Shown here piece after piece: positions 1-8,867 of a DNA stretch of 32,000 nt (its first letter is position 1; each line of letters opens with the position of its first letter). The position numbers and the translations under genes were made by a program. This DNA is from Candidatus Moranella endobia PCIT (GTDB lineage: Bacteria > Pseudomonadota > Gammaproteobacteria > Enterobacterales > Enterobacteriaceae), in the NCBI RefSeq assembly GCF_000219175.1, contig NC_015735.1, forward strand, positions 30,001-62,000. The letters are read 5' to 3'. Under the pieces are notes generated by a model, which made no database searches, was not told the origin of the DNA, and saw only the letters and a program-made list of their open reading frames with translations.

Positions 1-777
1 CAACCATACTTCTTCGCCGTCTAGTACAGCATAACTGCCGATAGGAACCTGGCATCCACCTTGTAAACGGGCATTCATGGCACGTTCCGCACCTACCCGT
101 AAAGCAGTTTCCTGATGATGTAGCGGTGCTAACATTGTCAACGTACGAGTATCATCTAGCCGGCATTCGATCCCAACCGCACCCTGACCACCGGCAGGCA
201 ATGAGTCAGAAGGATCTATAGCCTGACGAATGCGATTCTCTAACCCTAATCGTTTTAGACCAGCTACAGCCAAGACAACCGAATCAAAATCACCATGATC
301 TAGCTTAGCTAGTCGGGTGCCAACATTTCCACGCAGATCTTGTATCTGTAAATCAGGCCGTCTTTCTCGCAATTGGCACTGCCGTCGCAAGCTTGATGTA
401 CCAATAACAGCGCATGATGGCATAGTGTCAATACTAGCATAACGCTTACTGACAAAAGCATCACGCGAATCTTCTCGCTCACATAGAATAACAATTCCTA
501 GACCATCTGGAAACGAGATTGTCATATCCTTCATCGAATGTACGGCAATATCAGCATGATGGTCTAGGAGTGCTCGTTCCAATTCATGGATATATAATCC
601 TTTACCACCTACTTTGGCAAGCGATGTATCAAGGATCATATCGCCACGAGTGATCAATGGTACCATTTCAACCTGTAAATGAGGGTGATAGCGTAGTAAC
701 TTATCGCGCACATATCCTGCCTGCCACAACGCAAGAGGACTTTTGCGAGTAGCAATTCTGAGAAGGTTATCTTGCAT
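1..777 (-). CDS. hemC: Porphobilinogen deaminase (hydroxymethylbilane synthase). N-terminal ~259 codons only; the C-terminus runs off the left window edge.
   Basis: The minus-strand frame from ATG at 777..775 is open to position 1; I checked every codon and found no stop. It translates [27 protein letters not shown]...[35 protein letters not shown]...[14 protein letters not shown]...[13 protein letters not shown], collinear with E. coli HemC. It is absent from the ORF track because it has no stop inside the window. Confidence 0.9.
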   Translation of the reverse strand, partial: MQDNLLRIATRKSPLALWQAGYVRDKLLRYHPHLQVEMVPLITRGDMILDTSLAKVGGKGLYIHELERALLDHHADIAVHSMKDMTISFPDGLGIVILCEREDSRDAFVSKRYASIDTMPSCAVIGTSSLRRQCQLRERRPDLQIQDLRGNVGTRLAKLDHGDFDSVVLAVAGLKRLGLENRIRQAIDPSDSLPAGGQGAVGIECRLDDTRTLTMLAPLHHQETALRVGAERAMNARLQGGCQVPIGSYAVLDGEEVWL

Positions 778-940
778 AAAAATTACCAATGTTAATATTT
801 AACTTTAATATATAATTATATTACTAACACCAATTTTAAATACAGTCAGTTTACGGCAGCAGCTAAGTAAGGCCAAAAGAGAAAACAATAGAAATAACAA
901 TAAACTATCTACAGTATGTGTAATATTAATAATTATATGG

Positions 941-1096
941 CTATTTAAGATATTTATTCACCAAATAGTATTTTATATTTTTACAAAAGTTATTATACAT
1001 TAAGCGTGCTATAGCAAGCTGGCTAGATACATCTGCGTTCGTTATATACAGCAAATCAGCAGTGTTAATTGTAAAAAGCAATGGGAGTAGTTTGTT
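941..1096 (-). pseudogene. cyaY: Possible frataxin-homologue (cyaY) relic: a short stop-free stretch with no start codon.
   Basis: The minus frame reads ..FTINTADLLYITNADVSS.., compared with E. coli CyaY FHRLADQLWLTIEERLDD (the ADxLxxT core). Position and divergent orientation relative to the lptM-like ORF match E. coli cyaY/yifL. The match is short, so this is weak. Confidence 0.3.
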
Positions 1097-1158
1097 ATAT
1101 TATAACTTAGATGATAGTAAAGTGAAAATTGATAAACAATGAATGGTTAAGAGGTAAA

Positions 1159-1275
1159 ATGAAAAACGAGTTGTTTATTGCCGCATTGGGGTTGATCTTG
1201 CTAGAAATTTATGGCTGTGGATTAAAAAGTAACGTTTATTTACCGCCGGTTAACAAATCAAATAAAAGTAGTTAG
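1159..1275 (+). CDS. lptM: Small lipoprotein, LptM (YifL)-like. 38 codons, a truncated version of the 67-aa E. coli protein.
   Basis: AAGAGGT Shine-Dalgarno at 1149..1155, then ATG at 1159. Product is MKNELFIAALGLILLEIYGCGLKSNVYLPPVNKSNKSS. Signal peptide, Cys20 and CGLKSNVYLPP compare with E. coli YifL ..LTGCGLKGPLYFPP. It lies between hemC and uvrD, as yifL does in E. coli. It is too short for the ORF track. Confidence 0.55.
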   Translation: MKNELFIAALGLILLEIYGCGLKSNVYLPPVNKSNKSS

Positions 1276-1526
1276 TTGATCTAAAAATATTAATTTTACA
1301 CCGAATAAATAACCAATACCTAATTGCAGTCATAATAACCCTTCATAATATCAACGTAAGAGAACAATGTGACGTCATTATGCATACTCATACTAGCAGG
1401 AAAAATTTTATGCTTGCGTGTTTAACTTTCTTTGTTCAAATATTTTGAAATGAACAATTTTTCTGCATCTATGATTTCTGCTACTGACAAGGGGGTCATT
1501 CCTAGTTCACATATTAAAGGCAAAAT

Positions 1527-3692
1527 ATGTATGTTTATGATTTACTCAACCATTTAAACGATAAGCAACGTGAAGCAGTGACAGCACCTCGCGGTAATTT
1601 ACTAGTGCTGGCAGGAGCAGGTAGTGGTAAAACTAGAGTACTAGTGCACCGAATAGCTTGGCTATTATTAGTTGAACATTGTTTACCATCTTCTATAATG
1701 GCCGTAACATTTACCAACAAGGCGGCAGCAGAAATGCGCCATCGTATCGAACAGTTAGTAGGTACTAAGCAGTGTGGCATGTGGCTTGGTACTTTTCATG
1801 GACTAGCCAACCGCTTACTACATACTCACCATCAGGATGCTAATTTACCAAATGATTTTCATATTATAGATAGTGAGGATCAGCTGCGCTTGTTGAAACG
1901 TCTAATAAAAACTATGAATTTAGATGAGAAAAAATGGTCGCCGCGCCAGGCAATGTGGTACATCTGTGGCAAAAAAGATCAAGGTATACGACCGTATAAT
2001 GTTAAAATTTATGGTAACCAAATAGAGCAGACCTGGCAAATTATATATCACACCTATCAGGAAGCGTGTGACCACGCCGGGATAGTAGATTTTGCCGAGC
2101 TTCTACTGCGTGCTTATGAACTTTTGCTAAATAAACCACATATTTTGCAGCAATATCGCGATCGTTTCACCAATATCCTAGTAGATGAATTCCAAGATAC
2201 CAACAAAATTCAATACGCTTGGATTCAACGGCTAGCCGGTAATAACTGCAGTGTAATGATCGTCGGTGACGATGATCAGTCAATTTACGGCTGGCGTGGG
2301 GCAAAAGTGGAAAATATTAATCGTTTTCTAGAAAATTTTCCTGATGCTAAGATCATGCGTTTAGAACAGAATTACCGTTCTACTTGTAATATTTTACAAG
2401 CTGCCAATGTACTAATTTCCCAAAACGGAAACCGTCTTGGCAAAAATCTATGGACCAAAAGCCTAAAAGGTGAGCTTATTTCTCTTTATTGTGCCTTTAA
2501 CGAACTAGATGAGGCACGTTTTGTGGTGAATAGCATCAAGGTAAGCCAGGAGCAAGGAGGAGCACTCAAAGATTGCGCTATTCTATATCGTAGCAACGCC
2601 CAGTCACGCGTACTAGAAGAAGCTTTGCTGCAAACTGGCCTACCTTACAGTATTTATGGTGGTATGCGCTTTTTCGAGCGTCAAGAAATTAAAGACGGAC
2701 TAGCCTATTTACGGCTCATTAACAATCGCAACAACGACGCAGCCTATGAACGAGTCGTTAATACTCCACCGCGCGGCATCGGCGATCGTACCCTCGATTT
2801 AGTGCGCAAAACCGCACGCAACCAGCAGCTAACATTATGGCAGTCAAGTCGGCATCTAATAGACGAGCGCGTATTGACTGGTCGCGCTTCTGCGGCACTA
2901 CTGCAATTTTTGAATCTTATAGATACGCTAGCGGCAGAAACAGCAGAATTACCACTGCATGTGCAAACCGATACAGTCATTAAAAATTCACGTATTTGGA
3001 GCATGTACGAGCATGAAAAAGGCGAAAAAGGCCAGGCACGTATTGAAAACTTAAAAGAACTAGTAACTGCTACCCGTCAGTTCCAATATAACTATGAAGA
3101 GCAGAATGTATTACCATTACAGGCATTCCTTTCTCATGCAGCAATTGATACCATGGATGAGCAAGCATCCTTTTGCAAGGATGCTGTGCAATTAATGACA
3201 TTACATTCCTCTAAAGGTCTGGAATTTAAACAGGTATTCATTATTGGCATGGAAGAAGGTATGTTTCCCAGTCCAATGTCACTGGAAGAAGACAGATTAG
3301 AGGAAGAGCGCCGGTTAGCATACGTTGGTGTAACCCGCGCAATGAAAAAATTAACAATAACCTATGCTGTAACCAGACGTATGTATGGCAAAACTGTATA
3401 TCATCGTCCGTCACGTTTTATTGGCGAACTACCACAGGCTTGCGTAAAAAAAGCATGTTTGCACGCAAGCGGCATAAAAAGTACGACTAGATATCAGCGT
3501 ATTAGTACGGTACTAAGTAAAAACAACAGTAGTTTTACCATAGGCCAGCTGGTGCGTCATCCTACCTTCGGCGAGGGCAAGGTGGTTAATATGGAAGGAA
3601 GCGGTGAGCATAGCCGGCTGCAGATAGCGTTTCCAGACTATGGAATCAAATGGTTGGTAGCATCTTACGCTCAGCTAGAACACTTTATGTAA
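1527..3692 (+). CDS. uvrD: DNA helicase II
   Basis: 721-aa ORF collinear with E. coli UvrD (720 aa) end to end. Contains Walker A AGAGSGKT, DEFQDT, and C-terminal GEGKVVNMEGSGEHSRLQIAF. Confidence 0.95.
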   Translation: MYVYDLLNHLNDKQREAVTAPRGNLLVLAGAGSGKTRVLVHRIAWLLLVEHCLPSSIMAVTFTNKAAAEMRHRIEQLVGTKQCGMWLGTFHGLANRLLHTHHQDANLPNDFHIIDSEDQLRLLKRLIKTMNLDEKKWSPRQAMWYICGKKDQGIRPYNVKIYGNQIEQTWQIIYHTYQEACDHAGIVDFAELLLRAYELLLNKPHILQQYRDRFTNILVDEFQDTNKIQYAWIQRLAGNNCSVMIVGDDDQSIYGWRGAKVENINRFLENFPDAKIMRLEQNYRSTCNILQAANVLISQNGNRLGKNLWTKSLKGELISLYCAFNELDEARFVVNSIKVSQEQGGALKDCAILYRSNAQSRVLEEALLQTGLPYSIYGGMRFFERQEIKDGLAYLRLINNRNNDAAYERVVNTPPRGIGDRTLDLVRKTARNQQLTLWQSSRHLIDERVLTGRASAALLQFLNLIDTLAAETAELPLHVQTDTVIKNSRIWSMYEHEKGEKGQARIENLKELVTATRQFQYNYEEQNVLPLQAFLSHAAIDTMDEQASFCKDAVQLMTLHSSKGLEFKQVFIIGMEEGMFPSPMSLEEDRLEEERRLAYVGVTRAMKKLTITYAVTRRMYGKTVYHRPSRFIGELPQACVKKACLHASGIKSTTRYQRISTVLSKNNSSFTIGQLVRHPTFGEGKVVNMEGSGEHSRLQIAFPDYGIKWLVASYAQLEHFM

Positions 3693-3998
3693 CAGTCTAT
3701 TTGTTACTTAACAGTATTCTTAACTATTTGAGGTGATATAATGGGTGATACTGTTTTTTACTAAAAAATGTGTATTAATAATAAATATATCTATGTAACA
3801 GTATTTCTTGTTTATTAGATTATGTTTTGATCTTGATAATATTAGATCTGATAACCTTAATCATATAATCAAGCAAAGCGAATATTTTACACGCTATTTA
3901 GTTGCTCCTATGAATAGGAATAAAAGCGGATAGAATATGATCTGAACTGAATATATTTTAGCATCTAGTTTTATAAATCAGAATTGAATATTGAATGA

Positions 3999-4072
3999 TG
4001 CGCCCTATAGGGTTCGAACCTATGACCTACGGCTTAGAAGGCCGTTGCTCTATCCGACTGAGCTAAGAGCGC
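3999..4072 (-). tRNA. argU: tRNA-Arg (anticodon UCU), argU-like. The 3' CCA is not encoded.
   Basis: Minus strand reads GCGCTCTTAGCTCAGTCGGATAGAGCAACGGCCTTCTAAGCCGTAGGTCATAGGTTCGAACCCTATAGGGCGCA. It folds as a cloverleaf: 7-bp acceptor stem, anticodon loop CTTCTAA, T-loop TTCGAAC. The bases after discriminator A are TCA, not CCA. Confidence 0.9.
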
Positions 4073-4257
4073 ATAACCCAAAATGTATTTTGGATTCTAA
4101 TGAAGCAAATTTAATCAATGGCTTTTCTGTGCATAATTTTATCATACCATGACATATCCTTTCAATTGAAATTTGAGCGTATGTCTACACAAGTAGTACC
4201 TTGCACTTAATATGCTAAGCTGATTAAACTAACAAATTAACCATTAAGATTCCAATC

Positions 4258-5009
4258 GTAGCAAAAATAATTGATAGTAATGTATTGGCCAAGCAAGTCA
4301 GAAGTAAATTGGCAGCGCGCGTTCAGGAAAGACTGAAAACATGCAAATACGCGCCGGGATTAGCAGTGGTATTGATTGGATAAGATCCAGCATCACAAAT
4401 ATATGTGGCCAGCAAGCGCAAAACTGGTAAAGAAGTCGGTCTTCTATCTTTCTCCTATAATTTTCCTAGCATAGTAACTAAGGAAGAATTATTAGTGCTG
4501 ATTGAATGGTTGAATAAAAATTACCGCGTGGACTAAATTTTAATGCAACTATCACACTACTAATAGTAATTACTAGGATCAGTGTGCTAGAGCAAATATA
4601 TAAATATATCCTGATAAAGATGTTGACTGTTTTCATCCTTATTTGCCGCCTGTGCCAACGCGCAAAGCTACTACGACCGTGCACACCACGTGGAATTATT
4701 ACGTTGCAAGAGTATTATTACATTGATACCTTTGGCATAAACACTATCATGGTCGGTGCATCTAATATTGTAGGACGGCCAATGATTCTGGAATTGTTAA
4801 ACGTGATTTACGAAGCCATATCGAAAATGCCGATCTACTGGTAGTAACAATAGGCAAAGCGAACTTTATTACCGGAAAGTAGATTAAACCAAGTGCTGCT
4901 GAACGTGCCGCCTATATTAGGCTGGTACCAGGTAGCGTGTATCATATGACGGTAGCTACCTTAAATTCATAATAATTTGCAGACCAACAAAGTTTATCAT
5001 AATAATTGA
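4258..5009 (+). pseudogene. folD: Methylenetetrahydrofolate dehydrogenase/cyclohydrolase pseudogene
   Basis: Collinear fragments occur in several frames: [26 protein letters not shown]; [23 protein letters not shown] (TAA at 4381..4383); RVD*ILMQL (TAA at 4534..4536); [52 protein letters not shown]; [21 protein letters not shown]; AAERAAYIRLVPGSVYHMTVATL. There are at least 3 in-frame stops, several frameshifts and 2 internal deletions. It is convergent with cysS and divergent from argU, as in E. coli. Confidence 0.85.
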
Positions 5010-5044
5010 ACGACAAACAACACTAGCACTACCGTACTTAATTT

Positions 5045-6445
5045 TTAACTACGCCGCCAGGTCGTACCATTGGGACTATCTTCTAGTAAGATACCAAGTT
5101 CGTTCAGTTTATCCCTGGCTGCATCCGCTAAGACCCACTGGCTTGCTTTACGTGCATCATTACGTTGCTTAATTAAATTATCAATGTGCTTCTTAAGATG
5201 GTCATGTTTATTTTTTTCTTTACAGGTGCTTTGTTGTAGCCAAATAATTGGTTCCTGTTCAAGAAGCCCTAGCACACCAGCTAGCTGACGTAAAGTAGCA
5301 GCAAGACCTTGCATTGCTGCTAACAACTGCTTCTTCTTAAGACGGTTAACCTCGTGAGCAATGTCAAAGAGGACAGAATATACTTTTGGCATATTGAAAT
5401 CATCATTCATTGCCGCAGTAAATTTAGCAACGAATGGTTCTCCTCCTGATGGAGGAGTTGATTTATCTGTACCACATAAAGCAATATAAAGACGTTCAAG
5501 TCCGGCTCGCGCTTGTTTAAGATTTTCTTCACTGTAATTAAGTTGGCTTCGGTAATGGCTAGACATCAAAAAATAACGCACCGTTTCAGCATCATAGTAC
5601 TGCAGAACATCGCACAAAGTGAAACAGTTACCTAACGATTTTGACATTTTGTCACTATTAACCATTATCATTCCAGCATGCATCCAGACATTAACGTAGG
5701 AACTGTTATGTACACAAGTAGATAGCGCTATTTCATTTTCATGATGCGGGAAAATCAAATCTGAACCACCACCGTGAATGTCAAAATGATTGCCTAGCTG
5801 TTTGCTAGCTATAGCCGAACACTCAATGTGCCAACCAGGCCTACCGTCACCCCAAGGCGATGGCCAACTAGGTTCACCAATCTTTGACCTTTTCCACAGT
5901 ACAAAGTCCATGGGATTACGTTTTACTACAGCTGATTTTACTAGCATACTGGCCTGCAGCTGCGCTAGATCCTGGCGCGATAACATACCATAATTACTAT
6001 TGCTGTCTACCAAAAACATCACGTCACCATTAGTGGCAACATAGGCATGTTCTTTTTCTATGAGCGTACTAACCAGGGCAATAATCGTGTCCATATAATG
6101 CGTGACACGAGGTTCCTGATCTGGAAGTAGAATATTGAGTTTGCTTAAATCACTATGCATTTTGATGATCATACGATTAGTAAAGTCATAATATGACTCA
6201 CCTTTTTCAGCAGAGTAGCGAATTATTTTGTCTTCAATATCAGTAATATTTCTAACATAATTAACTTTAAAACCAAGATAGCGTAAATAACGGGTAACGA
6301 TGTCGAAAGTGATAAAAGTACGCCCATGCCCAATATGGCATAAATCATACACGGTGATGCCGCAAACATATATGCCAACTTGACCGGTATTAATAGGTTT
6401 AAATTCTTCTTTTTGGCGAGTAAGGGTGTTAAAAATCTTCAACAT
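5045..6445 (-). CDS. cysS: Cysteine--tRNA ligase
   Basis: Collinear with E. coli CysS ([17 protein letters not shown]..., HIGH motif [13 protein letters not shown]). The track start at 6448 is a TTG one codon upstream; the ATG at 6445 matches the E. coli N-terminus. Confidence 0.95.
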   Translation of the reverse strand: MLKIFNTLTRQKEEFKPINTGQVGIYVCGITVYDLCHIGHGRTFITFDIVTRYLRYLGFKVNYVRNITDIEDKIIRYSAEKGESYYDFTNRMIIKMHSDLSKLNILLPDQEPRVTHYMDTIIALVSTLIEKEHAYVATNGDVMFLVDSNSNYGMLSRQDLAQLQASMLVKSAVVKRNPMDFVLWKRSKIGEPSWPSPWGDGRPGWHIECSAIASKQLGNHFDIHGGGSDLIFPHHENEIALSTCVHNSSYVNVWMHAGMIMVNSDKMSKSLGNCFTLCDVLQYYDAETVRYFLMSSHYRSQLNYSEENLKQARAGLERLYIALCGTDKSTPPSGGEPFVAKFTAAMNDDFNMPKVYSVLFDIAHEVNRLKKKQLLAAMQGLAATLRQLAGVLGLLEQEPIIWLQQSTCKEKNKHDHLKKHIDNLIKQRNDARKASQWVLADAARDKLNELGILLEDSPNGTTWRRS

Positions 6446-6532
6446 CAAATTTCTCTATCTATTTTGATGAATTAGCACATTGCAACTGAGGGGAAAACTA
6501 GACTATGCGCTGCTATGCTAGCAACCATGAGT

Positions 6533-6850
6533 TTAATTTCTTAAGCGGGGTGCCTGAAGCTGTAGACGTATGGATTCAGCCAATTCGTCCAGCGTAGGTT
6601 GCTCGGGATGGAAATGCAAACACTCATATCCAAGATGTGCTTCAGCTAAATAGGTATGTACCGGTTTTCCATCTTCATCTTCCATAATTACATGATACCA
6701 CGGAGCTGCACGTAAGCTATCGTCAACTACAACCTCATCTAGCAATGGCTGCTCTAGTGAGTATTCTGGATCAACATCTATAATGACACCTAGGTACCCA
6801 AGTAGTTTATGCCTGACCTGCTGACCTATGCCAAATTTACTAACAATCAT
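6533..6850 (-). CDS. hspQ: Heat-shock protein HspQ (hemimethylated-DNA-binding YccV family)
   Basis: The 105-aa product [31 protein letters not shown]...LQAPRLRN is collinear with E. coli HspQ (105 aa). Confidence 0.9.
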   Translation of the reverse strand: MIVSKFGIGQQVRHKLLGYLGVIIDVDPEYSLEQPLLDEVVVDDSLRAAPWYHVIMEDEDGKPVHTYLAEAHLGYECLHFHPEQPTLDELAESIRLQLQAPRLRN

Positions 6851-7046
6851 AAGACCTCTATAGAAAATATTTTATCAGGTTATATGGGGAATTAATTAAC
6901 GTAATTCAAGGAAACAGAACAGTATTTAATCAGCAAAATCTTTTTGTTAAGTAATTCTTAGTCCAGATTAACTGCTAAAAGAAAAAAATAAAAATGCAAC
7001 CAAAGCTATTTAGCATACATAGTTACAATAGTTACAGCATATTTAT

Positions 7047-7420
7047 TCAAACACTTCTGATTAGCCAGCCTAGGTTATAGGTAGCCTATCGGCTAATAAT
7101 ATATATATCTAGCATTTAGAAAAATATAAGCTGGTAGTTACTTATATACTAAGTATTATCATCATAATAATAGCATAATAGGTTGTCATCAACACATTCC
7201 TTAATAAATAGCTGTTCTGCTATAAACAGAGCTATGTGCCAATTTGTGTGATATATATCAATACTATGCATAAAAATTAACCTATATGATATAACATAAC
7301 TGCAATTACCTCGAAAGTAGTAGCAAATTATTTACTATCAGTAAAACAAAAGAAAAAAAACGGAAACCAAAGTAATTTGAAAACATAAATACCAGCTTGC
7401 CGCCGAGTCAAAGCATATTG
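7047..7420 (-). pseudogene. rlmI: Possible 3'-terminal relic of 23S rRNA m5C1962 methyltransferase
   Basis: The minus frame ends ..ATYNLGWLIRSV*, compared with the E. coli RlmI C-terminus ..ATYPEGLYLKGFACRVM*. Further upstream, LGGKLVFMFSNY compares with EGGILLTFSCSG. rlmI sits immediately upstream of hspQ in E. coli, as here. The region is riddled with stops and the matches are short. Confidence 0.3.
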
Positions 7421-7466
7421 ATTTATTAATATAATCATGAGATTACCGTAGCTGCAAGAATAAAAG

Positions 7467-7496
7467 CAATCGTTGGTGATTAATCACCAACGATTG
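7467..7496. repeat. Perfect 30-bp palindrome (15+15 nt) that can form a 13-bp hairpin. Candidate bidirectional terminator or operator.
   Basis: CAATCGTTGGTGATT|AATCACCAACGATTG is an exact reverse complement. It is flanked by AATAAAAG on the left (T-rich tract on the minus strand) and GTATTGTATTT on the right. I saw no second copy in the window. Confidence 0.9.
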
Positions 7497-7863
7497 GTAT
7501 TGTATTTAGTGATAAATTAACTGTAATAACAGTTATAAGTGTTTATACCTAGGAACAACAACGTCTGCAGAAATATTAAATAATCGCATTATAAATTAGC
7601 TGCGTGCGGCACGTAACAATGATATTGCCGACAGTCTAAAATAGTAGACTATAAAAAAAATCACCGAGGCAATCAGAACTATTATTTGTTGTTAACAGTC
7701 AGCATTTGATTTAGTAGAAAACTAAAACGTAACCAATGAGAGAAACTTATAATAAATTTTAAATAACACTGGATACGCGTCAAAATAGGTAGAACCAACG
7801 GTGGTGATGGTAGCGACCAATGTTAGTGTTGTTATTCGTTGACAACTAAAAATTAAGAAATAA
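7496..7863 (+). pseudogene. folB: Dihydroneopterin aldolase pseudogene
   Basis: From 7499 the frame reads IVFSDKLTVITVISVYT*EQQRLQKY*, compared with E. coli FolB IVFIEQLSVITTIGVYDWEQTIEQKL (the Trp codon is now TAG at 7550..7552). Further collinear pieces: NDIADS (YADIAE), SAFDLVEN (ARFALVER), WIRVKI (WVRIKL), ATNVSVVIR* (AANVGVIIER). Several stops and frameshifts. It lies directly upstream of uppP, as folB-bacA does in E. coli. Confidence 0.55.
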
Positions 7864-7927
7864 CTTGCGGGGCGTTAATAATCTTTTTTCTTCTTGTGAC
7901 GTTACTATCATGGATAATATATAATAT

Positions 7928-8743
7928 ATGCACGTGCACGAGTGGTTAATCGCTTTTATTATGGGATTAGTGGAAGGATTAACCGAATTTCTACCAATTT
8001 CTTCGACTGGACATATGATATTGGTTGGTAGTTTGCTTGGTGTTACAGATGAGAAAACTAAAACCTTAGAGTTAATCATCCAACTTGGTGCAATTCTTGC
8101 GGTGTTGGTGGTGTTTTGGCGCCAGCTTTGTAGCCTGATAGGGACTAATTTCAGTCCTCTATCCCCCCAGATAATTATTGGTCATGAGCGCCTGAGTTTA
8201 GGACATATATTACTTGGAATGATCCCTGCGGGAGTACTTGGGTTAGTCTTGTATAATCACATAAAAGCTATTTTCTTACCACAATACGTAATTTACGCTC
8301 TGGTGGTAGGCGGTTGGCTGCTGCTAGCAGGAGAATGGTTAAAACCTAAGCAACCACAAACAATAGATATCAATGATTTAACATATTTGCAGGCTTTTTT
8401 TATTGGTTGTTGTCAGTGTTTAGCGCTTTGGCCAGGTTTTTCACGCTCTGGGGCTACTATTAATGGTGGTATTATTATCGGCGTTAGCCGTTACGTCGCA
8501 TGGGAGTTTTCATTTATATTAGCTGTACCAATAATGCTAGGTGCTACGGTTATAGATATCTATAAAAGCATACCGTGTATCATTTGGCATGATTTTACCA
8601 TGTTCGCCATAGGCTTTGCTACAGCTTTCTTGGTAGCATTGCTCGCTATTAAATTTTTCTTGCACATCATTAGGAACATCTCGTTCTTGCCTTTTGTTAT
8701 ATACCGTTTTCTTTTAGCAGCGATAGTTACTTGGCTGATATAA
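7928..8743 (+). CDS. uppP: Undecaprenyl-diphosphate phosphatase
   Basis: 271-aa ORF collinear with E. coli UppP/BacA: [33 protein letters not shown], and the C-terminal [11 protein letters not shown]. Confidence 0.93.
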   Translation: MHVHEWLIAFIMGLVEGLTEFLPISSTGHMILVGSLLGVTDEKTKTLELIIQLGAILAVLVVFWRQLCSLIGTNFSPLSPQIIIGHERLSLGHILLGMIPAGVLGLVLYNHIKAIFLPQYVIYALVVGGWLLLAGEWLKPKQPQTIDINDLTYLQAFFIGCCQCLALWPGFSRSGATINGGIIIGVSRYVAWEFSFILAVPIMLGATVIDIYKSIPCIIWHDFTMFAIGFATAFLVALLAIKFFLHIIRNISFLPFVIYRFLLAAIVTWLI

Positions 8744-8867
8744 TGTCAGTTAGTACCAGTTTTAACGCTGACTAAGTTTTCCTAAATAACAAGCAATGGC
8801 AGGCAAAATAGTCGGCTATAACCTTAAAATTGCAGTCTTGGTCAAGCAAAGTGGCAAACAAACTGGT

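Noticed and set aside
1535-3004. Minus-strand ORFs inside uvrD. The same kind of shadow ORFs occur inside hemC (309..494), cysS, cca, rnt, ppa, dapA, rho, gapA, trpS, rsmA, pdxA, lptD and dut.
   Set aside because: All overlap strongly supported genes on the other strand or in another frame, and none has a recognisable motif or ribosome-binding site.
3693-3998. I looked downstream of tRNA-Arg(UCU), a classic integration hotspot, for an integrase remnant, att-type duplication of the tRNA 3' end, or prophage genes.
   Set aside because: There is no repeat of the tRNA 3' segment and no ORF or integrase-like fragment recognisable in any frame. It is only AT-rich decayed DNA.
4478-4844. Track ORFs 4478..4684 (-) and 4584..4844 (+).
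   Set aside because: The plus ORF is an internal open fragment of the folD pseudogene, and the minus ORF is antisense to it with a low-complexity product. Neither is an independent gene.
7846-8079. 77-aa minus-strand ORF overlapping the uppP start.
   Set aside because: It is antisense to the conserved uppP N-terminus and has no recognisable family.
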